From: Eledone cirrhosa | Lineage: Eukaryota | Length of the DNA: 64,000 bases | Direction: 5' to 3' | Assembly (NCBI GenBank): GCA_964016885.1 | Contig: OZ024742.1 | Coordinates: 120,404,001 to 120,468,000, forward strand | Part shown: piece after piece, positions 11,531 through 24,420 of the stretch | Position numbering within the stretch: the stretch's first letter is position 1 | Layout of the letters: every line of letters starts with the position of its first letter | Notes under the pieces: model-generated | What the model saw: only the letters and a program-made list of their open reading frames with translations | What the model was told of the DNA's origin: nothing | The model's database searches: none | Position numbers and translations under genes: made by a program

Positions 11531-12897
11531 GAGGTGACGATCAATGTTATAGTTGAAAAGTATGTGCTCTATTAACTTAATTACTACAGTGACTGACAAA
11601 CTGTGCTTCAGTTTTGACATCAGTGTAAATCAAATTAAATTGAAACCAATACAATCTCTAAAGAGATTTAAAAGATAAAGTAATTTGTATAAAATTCAAT
11701 AAAAGAGCCTGGGCAAAGCCCCCCCCCCCCTTCCCTCCCCTCAAAATAGATTTGACTTAATTGGAAGACATGTTTACAAATAAGAGCAGCAGCAGCATTT
11801 TAAGGTCACTTTTCCTTGCAAAAACAACAAAGGTTAGCTTTTTATAGAGTCCTTTTGAAGCATTGTTTTATATAGAGATACCTTTTCTGATGCCAACCCA
11901 TTTAGACATTTCTAATGACACACAGGGATATTTACAGACAATAATACAGACACAGGTATATCTATAAACAACAATACAGAAAAATAAGAGAGAAATTTTT
12001 AGTTACAACAATTTTTTTTTTTTTTTTTAATAAAATAAGACAAATTTATATTCTCCCAGAAATGTTTATACACCTGTGTTTTAAATTATAAAAAAGGGGG
12101 CAATTTTAACAAAGTACAAACAGTTCATATCCTTTGCCTTCTATCCCAAAAGTTATTGTGTTATTTACTATATATATGTAGATTTATTCTATACATTATA
12201 CTATTAAGAAAAATCAGATGACCAAGTCAATAATAGGCCATCAGATAACAAGTTGAGAGTGGTACCGAGTTGACAAGTGGTACCGAGTTGACAAGTGACT
12301 TGTTGACTTGCAGCACCAAGTTAAATTTATCCTGCAGGAAAGGTTGCCTAAAACAGTCCAAAAGCCTATCCAGAAAAAGTTTCCTCTCTCATTCCTCTAT
12401 AGCATTTACTATATATATTTACTATCAGATTTTTGCAGTAAAGGCTTTATCTCATAATTATCTTACGTAATATTGAATCTATAAGATCTTGATATTATTT
12501 ATTTTGAGAACAATACCTTAACATTAGTATAAGTGGACAGTTATGGCTGGTTTGGACAGAAAGAGGTGAGAGAATTCTGGCTGGATATGGCCAGTTTAAA
12601 TGCTCAAGGGTTAATGCTATGACAAACACTTTATTGATCCTTATAATTCAGAAAAGTTGAAGCATACTAAATTGAATAGAATAGAAAATAGAATGGTAAA
12701 TAATTAAAAACTTCCATTAGATTTCTAACTAGAATGACTTTTAGAAAATGTAGTACATTTCAAAATATAGTCACTGAACATTACTTCAAGGTCAAATGAC
12801 AAAAGACACAAGCTAATGATGAAACTTATGTTGCCAAGGGAGGTAATAGCTCTCTGAAATTTTTCCACTTGTTCATACTGACTACTATACTTTAAGA

Positions 12898-13159
12898 CAG
12901 GCATTGGCAACCTTTTTCGAGAAGCGGGCCGCATGAGATGTGGCTCATCATCAGGCAGGCTGCAAGCGCTAATTTACATTCGTGCCTACATTAAAAAAAG
13001 GGGTGGTAACTCAGGTTGTTTTGACTTGTTTCTTCAGAATTCGTACACGTTTTCCTTGATTGTAAAAATGATAGAAAAATAAATTACGACTGAAAAGTTT
13101 TCACTTAGGTGACTTAGCCATTCAGAAAGCTTCGCTGGGCCCCAGGTTGCCCATGACTG
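12898..13159. mobile_element. hAT (Charlie/Buster-like) MITE
   Basis: TIRs CAGGCATTGGCAACCT / CAGTCATGGGCAACCT (14/16); 8-bp TSD CTTTAAGA/CTTTAGGA with central TA. Confidence 0.75.
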
Positions 13160-13276
13160 CTTTAGGAGAGCCCACTTTCATTGCTAATTAGGTCCCCTAG
13201 CTAATAAAAACTATTAGCTACTTCTAGAGAGCTTTCAGTGCATTTGAACTATTTATTTCGTAGGTGCTTTTACTAA

Positions 13277-13992
13277 CAACTACTTGTGTATCTGCCGCAT
13301 ACAAAGTCTTCCTCTTTTTTTTTTTTCTTGACATACTGTCAGTAATCCAGCTCCACCTTTCAGTGTCAACTACTTGTGTATCTGCTACATACAAAGTCTT
13401 CCTTCTTTGACAGACTGTCAGTAATCCAGCTCCACCTTTCAGTGTCAACTACTTGTGTATCTGCTACATACAAAGTCTTCCTTCTTTGACAGACTGTCAG
13501 TAAGCCAGCTCCACCTTTCAGTGTCAACTACTTGTGTATCTGCTACATACAAAGTCTTCCTTCTTTGACAGACTGTCAGTAATCCAGCTCCACCTTTCAG
13601 TGTCAACTACTTGTGTATCTGCTACATACAAAGTCTTCCTTCTTTGACAGACTGTCAGTAAGCCAGCTCCACCTTTCAGTGTCAACTATTTGTGTATCTG
13701 CTACATACAAAGTCTTCCTTCTTTGACAGACTGTCAGTAAGCCAGCTCCACCTTTCAGTGTCAACTACTTGTGTATCTGCTACATACAAAGTCTTCCTTC
13801 TTTGACAGACTGTCAGTAATCCAGCTCCACCTTTCAGTGTCAACTACTTGTGTATCTGCTACATACAAAATCTTCCTTCTTTGACAGTCTGTCAGTAATC
13901 CAGCTCCACCTTTCAGTGTCAACTACTTGTGTATCTGCTACATACAAAGTCTTCCTTCTTTGACAGACTGTCTGTAATTCAGCTCCACCTTT
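13277..13992 (-). repeat. 79-bp minisatellite, about 9 copies, derived from an RTE LINE segment
   Basis: Unit starts 13371, 13450 ... 13924; minus strand of the last unit reads IHKRWS*ITDSLSKKEDFVCSRY, like RTE WVYKRCSGIAGKLTGREKYVCSR. Confidence 0.9.
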
Positions 13993-15585
13993 TGTGAATC
14001 TGTTATTTACATTGACTGTGTATGGTCACATCCAAAATATCAGTAAAATCTTTTCTTTCCTGTTAACTAAAACTTTTTTAATTCAATAAATAGAGTAGCA
14101 ATAACTACAAGTTGTAATTTTATATTCGAATAAGAAAGAGAGAAAGGAGGTAAAGTAATAAAGAATATAGTAGGGGCAGACTGAAGTTATTTACAAGATT
14201 CTAGCATCAATAATAAAAGGGGAAAAAAAAAAAAAAAATCAATGAAAAATGTTGATATCATCTTAAAGTTGCTGTTAGGCAGAAGCTAGGTATAGTATAT
14301 ATTTAAATAGATTGTTCTTCATAATAGCTAAAAAAGAGAGAAATGAGGGTGACAGGCAGAGAACATGTGGCTTGTCTTCAGAGAATACACATAGATAGAT
14401 GGCAATTTGATTGTGAGTGCAAGCTAGAAGAGGGTAGCATTGATCAGTGTAAAAAAATCAAATAAGTTTCCAGCAGAAAATAGAATATAGAATAACATTT
14501 GAGTGCATACAGCAGATTGTTATTAATAATAAGTATATACATTCATTCTATCCTACCAGATATGTAACTAACCCTTTTTTTGCTGGAGGATATGATTGAG
14601 TTTTACATTTTACAGCTTTACATTATAGAGCTTATGTCAGCAACATTAAAAAACTTATTACCATTCTTGTACAAAATTTATGATTATGTCAATGTTTGAA
14701 ATATATACATATATAAACTCCATCATTTTTTTTATGCACTTTTCCATGCTTGTGTGAGTTTATACTTAAATAATTTTTATAGTATGTATATATATCCTGT
14801 TAGACTTAGATAATAAAATTATTTTTTTTAAATTAATGCATATGTAAAAATTTTCAAATTGTATCTTCCTAATTTAGTAAAAAATATTTCATAGCCATCT
14901 TTAAGATAAATATTTTTGTAGTATAAAATATATATTTTTATAATGAGTTTTGAAAAGATATTAATTCTTAGCAAGTTAGATAACTCCTTTGTTTAGTATG
15001 ATAATGTAAAGCCCAGGCTAGTACGGTTAGTCTTTGTCAGTACAGTAATGGAATATCCCAAAAGTTTTGCAGAAAAGTTAATGAAACAACAAACAAGAGT
15101 ACAAAGCATATAAATACACCACGATGATGATAATGATGATGTGAAGACGAAACAGTATCATCATCATAGGAAACATAGGACAATTTAATGTTTCAGACAA
15201 TGGTCCTTCATCAGGAAGAGAAAAGGGGGGAAAAATAGTAAGAGAAGTGGGGAATACAAATCAGTCATAAGAAAATCAAAAGTGGGCCAAAAGATGTTTT
15301 GCATCTAAAAAGGTGAGAGGGAAAGAAGATAGGCAAGAAGTGTAGAAAAGTGAGAAAGTGTGAGAGAGAAGATTATGTGTGTATGAGAGCATGTTGTTTT
15401 TAGAGTGTATAGATGTGTGTGTGTGATCTGGGGATTCAACTATGTGTATATATACATGTACTCTATTCCTCTGAACAACACACAGGGGAGTATGTGTGAG
15501 CATGTTGCATGAATGTGTGTACTCTGGAAAGTAAAGTTAGGCTAGTGTGTATGACCATGTTCTGTAAGTGTGCTATACTCATCTA

Positions 15586-16417
15586 CAGGGCCAGATTTAG
15601 ACCTGGGGGCCCCAGAGTACTTCATGTTTGCTCCCCACCCCTTCATACACAAAAAACTATAATATACAGCAAACCCACAATTGCACATATCAAAGTTGGT
15701 TAGTGCAAGTAATTTGAATTGAAAAGTTATCATCATCATCATCATCATTATATATACAGGTGGATTGGCAGTATCGATAGAGGGTCAGACTCCATGCTTT
15801 GACGCATAGAGTTACGGCCCTTGCCATTCTGAGTTCAAATCCCGCCGGGGTTAACTTTGCCTTTCATCCTTACGGGGTCGATAAAATAAAGTACCAGTAA
15901 TGCACTGGGTAATTGCTGGCCTTGTGCCAAAAGTAGAAACAATTATATATACAGGTATTAAATTTAAAAAATCTAACCATCTTCATTTTATGTCCACTTT
16001 CCACAATGGCATGTGTTGGACAGGTTGTCGCAGTTTGAGACCAGACATATCGGAGCAACCTCATCTTGCTCATACATTACATATTTGGCATGGTTTCTAT
16101 GGCTGGATGTCCTTCCTAACATTAGAGTGTTTACAGGGTGCGTTGTTTTTGTGATACCAGCACAACCACTTTACACAGTGACATCAAAGACTTTTTATTA
16201 GAATATTGTTCTGATAACAACCTGATGTAAACTTGAGAAAATTTGATGAATTTTGCCACAGTAAGGACATCAAATACTTTTTGTTAAAAATGTTGTTCTC
16301 GTTATCAAAGCGGTTAAAACTAAAAAGCCTAGCAAAGGCCACAAATGAATTGCTATGGCCATCGCTGGTGGGGCCTGTGGAAATTGCCCCCCTTTGCCCC
16401 TATTAAATCTGACCCTG
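15586..16417. mobile_element. old hAT-like non-autonomous element with nested SINE and RTE tail
   Basis: TIRs CAGGGCCAGATTTA / CAGGGTCAGATTTA; degenerate 8-bp TSD (5/8). Confidence 0.5.
15760..15945 (+). mobile_element. tRNA-derived SINE with GCCTTTCATCCTTACGGGGTCGATAAA central domain (MetaSINE-like)
   Basis: B-box GAGTTCAAATCCC; closely similar copies at about 19090-19275(+), 43380-43562(-), 63527-63692(-); older copy 48680-48810(-). Superfamily name from recall, unverified. Confidence 0.75.
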
Positions 16418-18813
16418 CACATATCCTGCTCTTTCATACTTCTTTACTTCTCTGCACTTTCCATTTATCTCCTTTCAATCTCAGTCTTTTGGCTACAAAA
16501 TACTATTCAACACATTTCCACCTTTTTTCAAACACTATACTATTTTTACTTTGGCTACTTTGCACTTAATCTTCTTTTCACCCCCTCCCATGCCCCTTTA
16601 TGTTCCTGATAAAGGACTGTAGTCTGAAATAATGAACTTTCTTCTGTTTCTTTCTTACAGTGCAATGATATACTTTGTACTATTGTTCATTATCCCCCCA
16701 CACCCACCACCACCACCCAGATATTTTGGATGCTCCTTCATGTAAATTACAATATAGGGCTATTATAAAATGTTTAATGTTAGGCCACTCCAAATCATGC
16801 AGACAGACCTAACATTCAAAGATATTGTAACCATGATCACTGCATCATTTGTCTTTTTCAAGTCTTACATGTCCCTTCGTTTTTAAGGCAATATTTATGA
16901 TATTTGTGGAGAAATTTAATGTAATTTCTAGCAGGTTGAGTGACTGCACAGAAGTTTCACTGATCAGCTTATTATGGAGGGCATAAAATGGATGGTGGAG
17001 TGGAAGAAAATGTAGAATGCTGGAATTAATGTCTGGCAATATTTTAATTCATTTTCCTATGTTCACATTTTAAATCCCATCAATGTCTACTTCTATCATC
17101 CCTCTGGTATCAATACAACATCTACCTTACAAATTTGTGGCTTTATGCTGAAGTCAGAAATCATTATGAGAGGCATAACTATATCTTCTATTCAGCAATA
17201 TAGTGGAATCCTTATTACTTTATATAAGAAATAATTGACATTGTTGCTATCATCATCACAATGTTAGATTTGTCACAGCTCTGACTTTACAATATCTCAT
17301 ACTTTCATTTCATTGTCCATTTTGCCTTTCATATTTCAATCCAATGAAATCCATGTTTCAAATCTGATTTCCTTTTGGAATCACTTTACATTTAATGTCA
17401 ATAGGTTTTAGATGGACAATAGATATTAACAGCTGTTCATTTTCCTTTAGTTATAAATCTGAAATTCCATATCTATGTAAGAAATCCTTATTATATAATA
17501 ACAACTATTCAAATCTTTCTTTAGACAATTAGATTATAGTTCCTTGCTCTTGCTTAAAATATTTGAATGCGTGAGCTTTCTAGTTTTCTCTTTGACCAGA
17601 TAAACATAAAACTGTAAGTACAAAATTGACTGTTAAAACAAAGTACCATTCTATACCTAGTATTTCACACTGGTGTGGTTGTTGTGGCTTGCATTTGTTT
17701 TCCTTTATTTTGGGTGACATTTTGTGGGGAAATGTGGATATTTTGACAAACAATTAAAAATAGATGCTCTTTTCGGATGATAGACTTTCAGCAATAAAGT
17801 AATTGTGGTATCAACCAGGAATACATAAATATACAAAGTTATATACTGAGAACAACAAATTGACTGTAGTAGTAAGATTGGAACACACAGCATTCTCATT
17901 AGTAGTTCACCTTAACCTTACAGTTGTTGTTCCTTACAATGGCTATGAAATAAAAGTAATTTTTATCATCTTTCATATCTAGTAGTTGCTAGTAAATCAT
18001 CAAAATGTTCAATGTTTTCAAAACTTTTTATTGCCCTGTACAGCAAATAATGATCCATGATATATAAATAAAAGTAAAAACTATCAAAATGAAATTAACT
18101 TCATTCTAAAACTTTACTCTAAAAAGAGCAAAGTAGCTTCACAAAAGACTCAAAACAATATATTCCCAGGGAAATATCTTCAATATATTCAAAATATATC
18201 GAAGACAATATATCCTCTGGGAAATATTTTAAAACCATATAAAATACTATGATCTGTAACATTTATTAAAATGTAAAAACTTGAATTCAAAACTAAAAAC
18301 AAATTATGTTTCACAGTAGGTTATTGTAACTTTACTGTTCTAAGTTCAAATCACACTGAAAATGACTCTCCTCCTGTTTCCTCTTGGTTAATAACCTAAG
18401 AACCAGAATGATACTGAGATTGATTCAATTGTTGACACTCCTTTCTTAAAAGAAACTGTTCTACATATGTTAGCAGAAGAAAGTAATCATAAGAGAAGTT
18501 GATGAAGGGGGGCATTATTATAATGTTGTTTTGTGATGTTTCTTCCAATCCAGTCATTTAATCAATGTCTCTTATAACGCCAATTTAAATTATCCACCAA
18601 TTACTTGGCTATCATCATCATTTAACTTCTATTTTTTCCGTGGGTTATCATATCTGACATTTTATAATTTTTTAGGGAATGGAATTTCAAAGATGACATA
18701 CTTTATTTTCATGTGGAATTCCAGGAAACAAAACTATTTACCTAGATCTCAGAGAAATCACACTGAAACAATGTTTGTTTATGATAATCTTAACAGTTAC
18801 TAATTTACTTTAA

Positions 18814-19034
18814 CCCTTTAGCATTTACATTACTCTATATTTACTATTATAGTTTCACAGTAAAGGCTTTACCTCACATAATTATCTCACATAGTATCAA
18901 ATCTATGAGATTTTGATATTAATTATTTCAAGAACAATACCTTAACATCAGCATGAGCAACCAGTTACAGCTGGTTTGAACAGAAAAAGGAGAGAGAATT
19001 CTGGCCAGATCCGGCTGGTTTAAATGGCAAAGCG
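18814..19034. mobile_element. piggyBac-type MITE, family 1
   Basis: TTAA flanks, CCCTTTAGCATTTA terminus, inverted relative to the 8583 copy. Confidence 0.8.
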
Positions 19035-21205
19035 TTAATATATTTATTTCTTAAAGATGAGCATATAAACACGTTGGGGTGTCATTCTGGTAATTGGCAG
19101 TATCAGTAGAGGGTTGGACGCCATGCTTTCCAGCATAGTTACATCCCTTTACGGTCTGAGTTCAAATCCCGTTGAGGTTAACTTTGCCTTTCATCCTTAC
19201 GGGGTCAATAAAATAAAGTACCAGTAATACACTGGGATAATTTCTGGCCTTGTGCCAAAAGTAGAAACAATTATTGTGCTAAAAGTAGAAACAATGTTTG
19301 CATGAGTTGGACGGGTCTTCTTTAACACAACTTCTTCTCAATAGATGTATTCCTTCATCATGTCTTCTGTAAGGTCCAATGTTTTTGAGATCAACTCTCA
19401 CCACTTCTGCTCAGATCTTTCTCTTCTACAGCTACTTATTGCTTCACATCATAAATTTTGTCCGATATATACTTCTTTTTTAAATGAACCTAATGTATGA
19501 ATGAGGTAGGTATTAACCAACAGCTTTAGTTACATTAATTCTACAAATCCTATGGATTAGTAAGCTAAAAAGAAAACAAAAAAATGAAGGTGATATTATT
19601 GTACCAGCACTGTAAAAAAAATTACTATTTTTGTACTAAAGCAGTACAACAGCAAGGTTAGTACTCAATGCCTAACAGCATTTTTATTTAAAAGACCTGC
19701 CCCATTTTGGTTCAATTCAATTGACTTATACCTCCCCGACATATGTTTGGCCTTCTACTTATAATGTAATAAATCGGTATTACTGTACTAAAAGCAGTTG
19801 AATGAAATCGTAATGAATTAAAAATGAAATCAATGCCATGAATGAAATAAAATCTAAACTATAACACAAACATCCTTTCATTCAAAATAAAATCTCAAGT
19901 TAAAATGAAACTGGTAAGACCAATGATCAACATTTTAACATTTCTATTCATCTTATAAACAATGAGTAGTCTCAACATTAGTTAAATAGGCTAAGTGTCA
20001 TTGCATACACATCCCATACAGTTGTCAAAGACATGACAACTTCTTTAGATATATGTACGCAGTAAACTCTATAAAGTAGTTAGTGGTAGAAGGGCATCCA
20101 GCTGCAGAAAACCTGCCAAACAGAGATCGGGGAAACCCTTCATCTCTGTTAAAGATGTGACAACCTCCCTAGAGCTGGTGTCATGAGAAAAGCATGCAAT
20201 AGAACATGGGATCATATGGGAGCAAGATGCAGGCTCCCGACACATTGAACCCTTGCGAGCAAAGAAAACGAATGTTGAATGTTAATGATACACAAAATAC
20301 ACACACACACATATATATGATAATGGCTACAGCTCGATTTCGAGTAATGCCATCGCTTGATATTTAAGCATGAGCACCACAGATGCGGTGGCTTTTTAGT
20401 CCTGCTAGGGACTTGCCTGTGGCCAGCAATACTATGCATCGCAAAAAATATCACATATCAAGCGATGCACACATGTATAAATACATATGCACACATACAT
20501 ATACGTATGTGTGCAGGCATGACTTGTAGGCGTACGTTTTGAAGTCTGCTTTCAAAGCACGTGTTTTCAGGTTCAGTCCCATTGCATGGCACCATAGGTA
20601 TCTTCTGCTATAACTTCAGGCCAACCAATAAGCAAGTAAATCTGATAAGCAGAAATTCTCTGGAAGCCTGTCATTTATGTGTGCATGCACACACATGTAT
20701 ATGGCATCCAAAATACTGTTAAATCAATGAATCTTTATCATACAGAAACGTAAGGGTTAGCAGCAGGAAGGCCATCCAGCTATAGAGATTTGCCATGGAT
20801 AAAATGGAAGCAGAAAATGATACACACATATATATATACATATATAAATACACATTTAAACATTCATACAAAACATATATACACTCACATAGATATTTCA
20901 GTAAGTGTATCTATAGGCAACACACATGAATATATATAAGAAATATAAACATTCTACATAGACACACCTGTCAGTTATCATTAATTTACTTAACACGAAA
21001 TACAAGAAGAAAAAGAAATTATGTTTGGAAGTGAGGTGTTACTTTAAAAATTAGTCTGGTAACAGAGATAACTGTACTGTGTTAATAAAGCTTGCCTCTT
21101 CACTGACAGTTGACTAACATTATGGGGAAGGCAATGTAATATAACAAATACACTCAATTTCAGAGGACCAAATACACTCAATCTCAAAGGTGGACCAACC
21201 CTTAA

Positions 21206-21413
21206 CCTTTTAGCATTTAAACCAGCCATATCTGGCTAGAATTCTCTCACCTCTTTCAGTTCAAATCGGCTGTAACCGGCCACTCATAGTGATGTTAAGG
21301 TATGGTTCTCAAAATAAATAATATTAAAATCTCGTAGATTCGATATTATGTGAGATAATTATGTGACCATGAAAATATAACAGTAAATATAGAGTAATGT
21401 AAATGCTAAAAGG
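21206..21413. mobile_element. piggyBac-type MITE, family 1
   Basis: TTAA|CCTTTTAGCATTTA...TAAATGCTAAAAGG|TTAA. Confidence 0.85.
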
Positions 21414-21501
21414 TTAAACTATGAGTAAGTAAACACAGATCTCACATACATAATAAGTTATACATAAAAAATTATACAGTTATACATAAAAAATAAACAG
21501 T

Positions 21502-21887
21502 TATCTTGGGTCTCAAATAATAGGGGGGCTGGAATAAGCAGGGAAAGGTTAGAAAATCAGTAATTTTTCCAGATTGTCTCCACTGATGTTTTTAAAAACC
21601 AGAATTAGCCATTTAGTTTACATATTGAGACCCCCAACCCATCCTATTTATTTTATAACAAATGGGATTTCTAGTAATGTACAATTTTTGTCATGTATAA
21701 TTTTTTTTTAATGTACAAAGAAAATTAATTGTCACTGGAATGTTACCACTTAAAATAAAATTTCGCCAGAGATAGATTAGCAAAATTTAATAAGCAGAGA
21801 AGTGGGGGTTGGAATAAGACCAGGAGGTTTGGGGAAAATCTGAAAAATTAATGGGGGGGGGGGGCATTATTCTAGACCGAAGAGTGT
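21502..21887. mobile_element. degenerate MITE of uncertain superfamily
   Basis: Imperfect TIRs TCTTGGGTCTCAAATAAT / TCTTCGGTCTAGAATAAT; internal GGGGGxTGGAATAAG repeated. Confidence 0.4.
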
Positions 21888-21918
21888 ATTTGTGTATGTG
21901 TGTATATATATATATATA

Positions 21919-21961
<43 letters not shown>

Positions 21962-21966
<5 letters not shown>

Positions 21967-23216
21967 CAATGAGTATAGCAAGGAATTTAGCGTACAGGTT
22001 GGTGTCCACCAGGGCTCTGTTCTTAGCCCTCTCCTGTTCATCATAGTCCTGCAGGCAATAATGGAGGAGCTTAAGACCGGATGCCCATGGGAACTCCTGT
22101 ATGCTGATGACCTCGCACTTATAGCTGAATCTATGGTAGAACTAGAGGAGAAATTCCAAACTTGGAAGCAGGGACTAGAAAGAAAGGGTCTCAAAGTCAA
22201 CATGACAAAGACTAAGGTCCTTGTAAGTAGACGAGAAAACAGAACCCAGATCCCCTCAGGGAAATGGCCTTGCTCAGTATGTAGGAAAGGTGTAGGTAGG
22301 AACTCCATTCTCTGCCCCAAATGCAAACAATGGGTACACAAGAGAGGTAGCGGGATCTCAGGAAGCTTAATTAAGAATGTAGGCTTCACATGCAGCAGCT
22401 GTGCTGGGACAGCAAACAGCAAACAGCCACAGGAAACAAGTACCACCAATCTCTGGGAGGGCTCTGTAGAAACAGTAGACAGCTTCTGCTACGTAGGTGA
22501 CTGAATTAGCAGCAGAGGTGGGTGTTCAGAAAGTACAATAACTAGGGTAAGAACGGGATGGAAGAAGTTCAGGGAACTACTGCCACTGCTAGCTGCAAAA
22601 GGCTTCTCCCTCAAAATGAAAGGCAGACTCTATGATGCGTGTATCCGAACAGCAATGTTACATGGTAGTGAGACCTGGGCGCTGAAGGTGGAAGACTTAC
22701 GTAGCTTAGAAAGAAACGAAGCCTGTATGCTCCGATGGATATGTAATAGTAATATATGCGAACGACAAAGCATAAATGAATTGAGAGAGAGACTGAGCTT
22801 AAGAGGAATCAAATGCTGTGTGCAGGAGAGGCGGTTGCGTTGGTATGGACATGTGATGCGTATGAAGGATGACAGCTGCATAAAAAGGTGCAGAGCACTA
22901 GAAGTCAATGGAAACTGCGGAGTGGGGAGACCCAAGATGACCTGGGATGAGGTGATAAAACCGACCTTACCCAATTACACCTCTCAAAGGCGATGACACA
23001 CGACCGTGACCTCTGGCGTCACGCAGTAATACAGAGTACCCGACCTCCCACGGGAGTACCCGAGAGTACCCGACCTACAACAAGACAACCCATCTAACCC
23101 ATGGTAACATGGAAGAACGGACGTAAAACGGTGGTGGTGGTGGTGGTGGTGGTGGTGGTGGTGGTGGTGGTGGTGGTGGTGGTGGTGGTGGTGGTGATGA
23201 TGATGATGATGATGAT
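21962..23216 (+). mobile_element. 5'-truncated RTE-clade LINE with (GTG)n(ATG)n tail
   Basis: GVHQGSVLSPLLF, LLYADDLAL, Cys-rich finger, LLHGSETW-like and RRLRWYGHVMRM motifs; premature stop 22502-22504; 3' UTR internally deleted. Confidence 0.93.
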
Positions 23217-23558
23217 TATATATATATATATATATATATATATTCCTGTCCATTTCTTAACATTACATCCATAGGTTTTTTTAAGACAGCTTTTAACTCT
23301 TTGTCTATTCATTACTAATCCTTCAATAATTTACCACAATAGCTATTTGCCTATCCCTTTCAGACACTGACCCCAGATCTCACTTCGCTACTCTGTGGAC
23401 CATTAAATAACTGCTAGTTCCAGGCTCAGTCTGGATCTAGCTGTTGAAATGGGAAGAGCTCAGCCCTTGGGGTCCCAACTCTTTATTATATATATATACA
23501 CACACACACACAGGTTTTATATATATATATATATATATATATACATACACACACATAG

Positions 23559-23594
<36 letters not shown>

Positions 23595-24129
23595 CACACA
23601 CATAGGTTTTATGATAAGAGTTTTATGATAAAAGCACTTTAATAGAAAACCTACACTATATCACAAATACAAACTGGAGGAATTCAGATCATCAACAATA
23701 AACTGGTTTTTCTTTATGAACAGTTGACAAATAATTATAAACCATGATGAACACACAGAAGATGGGAGAATCCTCCTAAAATGAAACTAACTATCTTAAA
23801 ATAGAGATGATCAGTAGAAAATTAGAGCAGAGATATATTTAAATAGATACATTCTTTGGCTTGGTGCTAAACCCCTTCTGGAACAACACAACAGAGAATA
23901 GCTGGCAAATTTTACTTTACTACAGCTATATACATTATGCTATCTAGTACATTTAGTTTTTGTTTCTGTTTTTAGTTCAAATTGCAGACATTTTATTTTG
24001 CCTTCCATCCATTAATGGCTGATGGCAGTTACATGCTTGGAAGTCATACCAATCGAATATACCTTTTATCTAAACATTGTACCTCAGCAAGAATTTTTTT
24101 TCTTCCATCTTTCAACAGATATGGTTGTA

Positions 24130-24420
24130 GCAGAAATAAACTAAACTCTTCATTGATATTCTACTAATTAACTCCACACGTCTCAGAAAGAATAGCAAGA
24201 CAGATTTTGTGGATAAAACTAATCGACAGAAGACCCAGAGGTCGACCCCCAAGCAAGATGGTTTTATAACATCCATGAACTCAGCTGGTCCTGCTTGGGT
24301 ATCCAGCTGGATCAACTGGAGACAGTTCCTTCTGACAACACCTGCTGAAAGGCATGCTTGACGACTCTCCTCCCACGACCCTCCCAGAAATAAGTGGGCG
24401 AAGAAGAAGTCACTATATGA
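24130..24420 (+). mobile_element. old RTE-like LINE 3' remnant
   Basis: Degenerate match to RTE C-terminal region (AGACCCAGAGGTCGACCC, RPRGRP) followed by a 3' tail-like stretch. Confidence 0.4.

Noticed and set aside
15820-15850. B-box/T-loop motifs as tRNA genes
   Set aside because: No cloverleaf; they are SINE heads followed by SINE body sequence.
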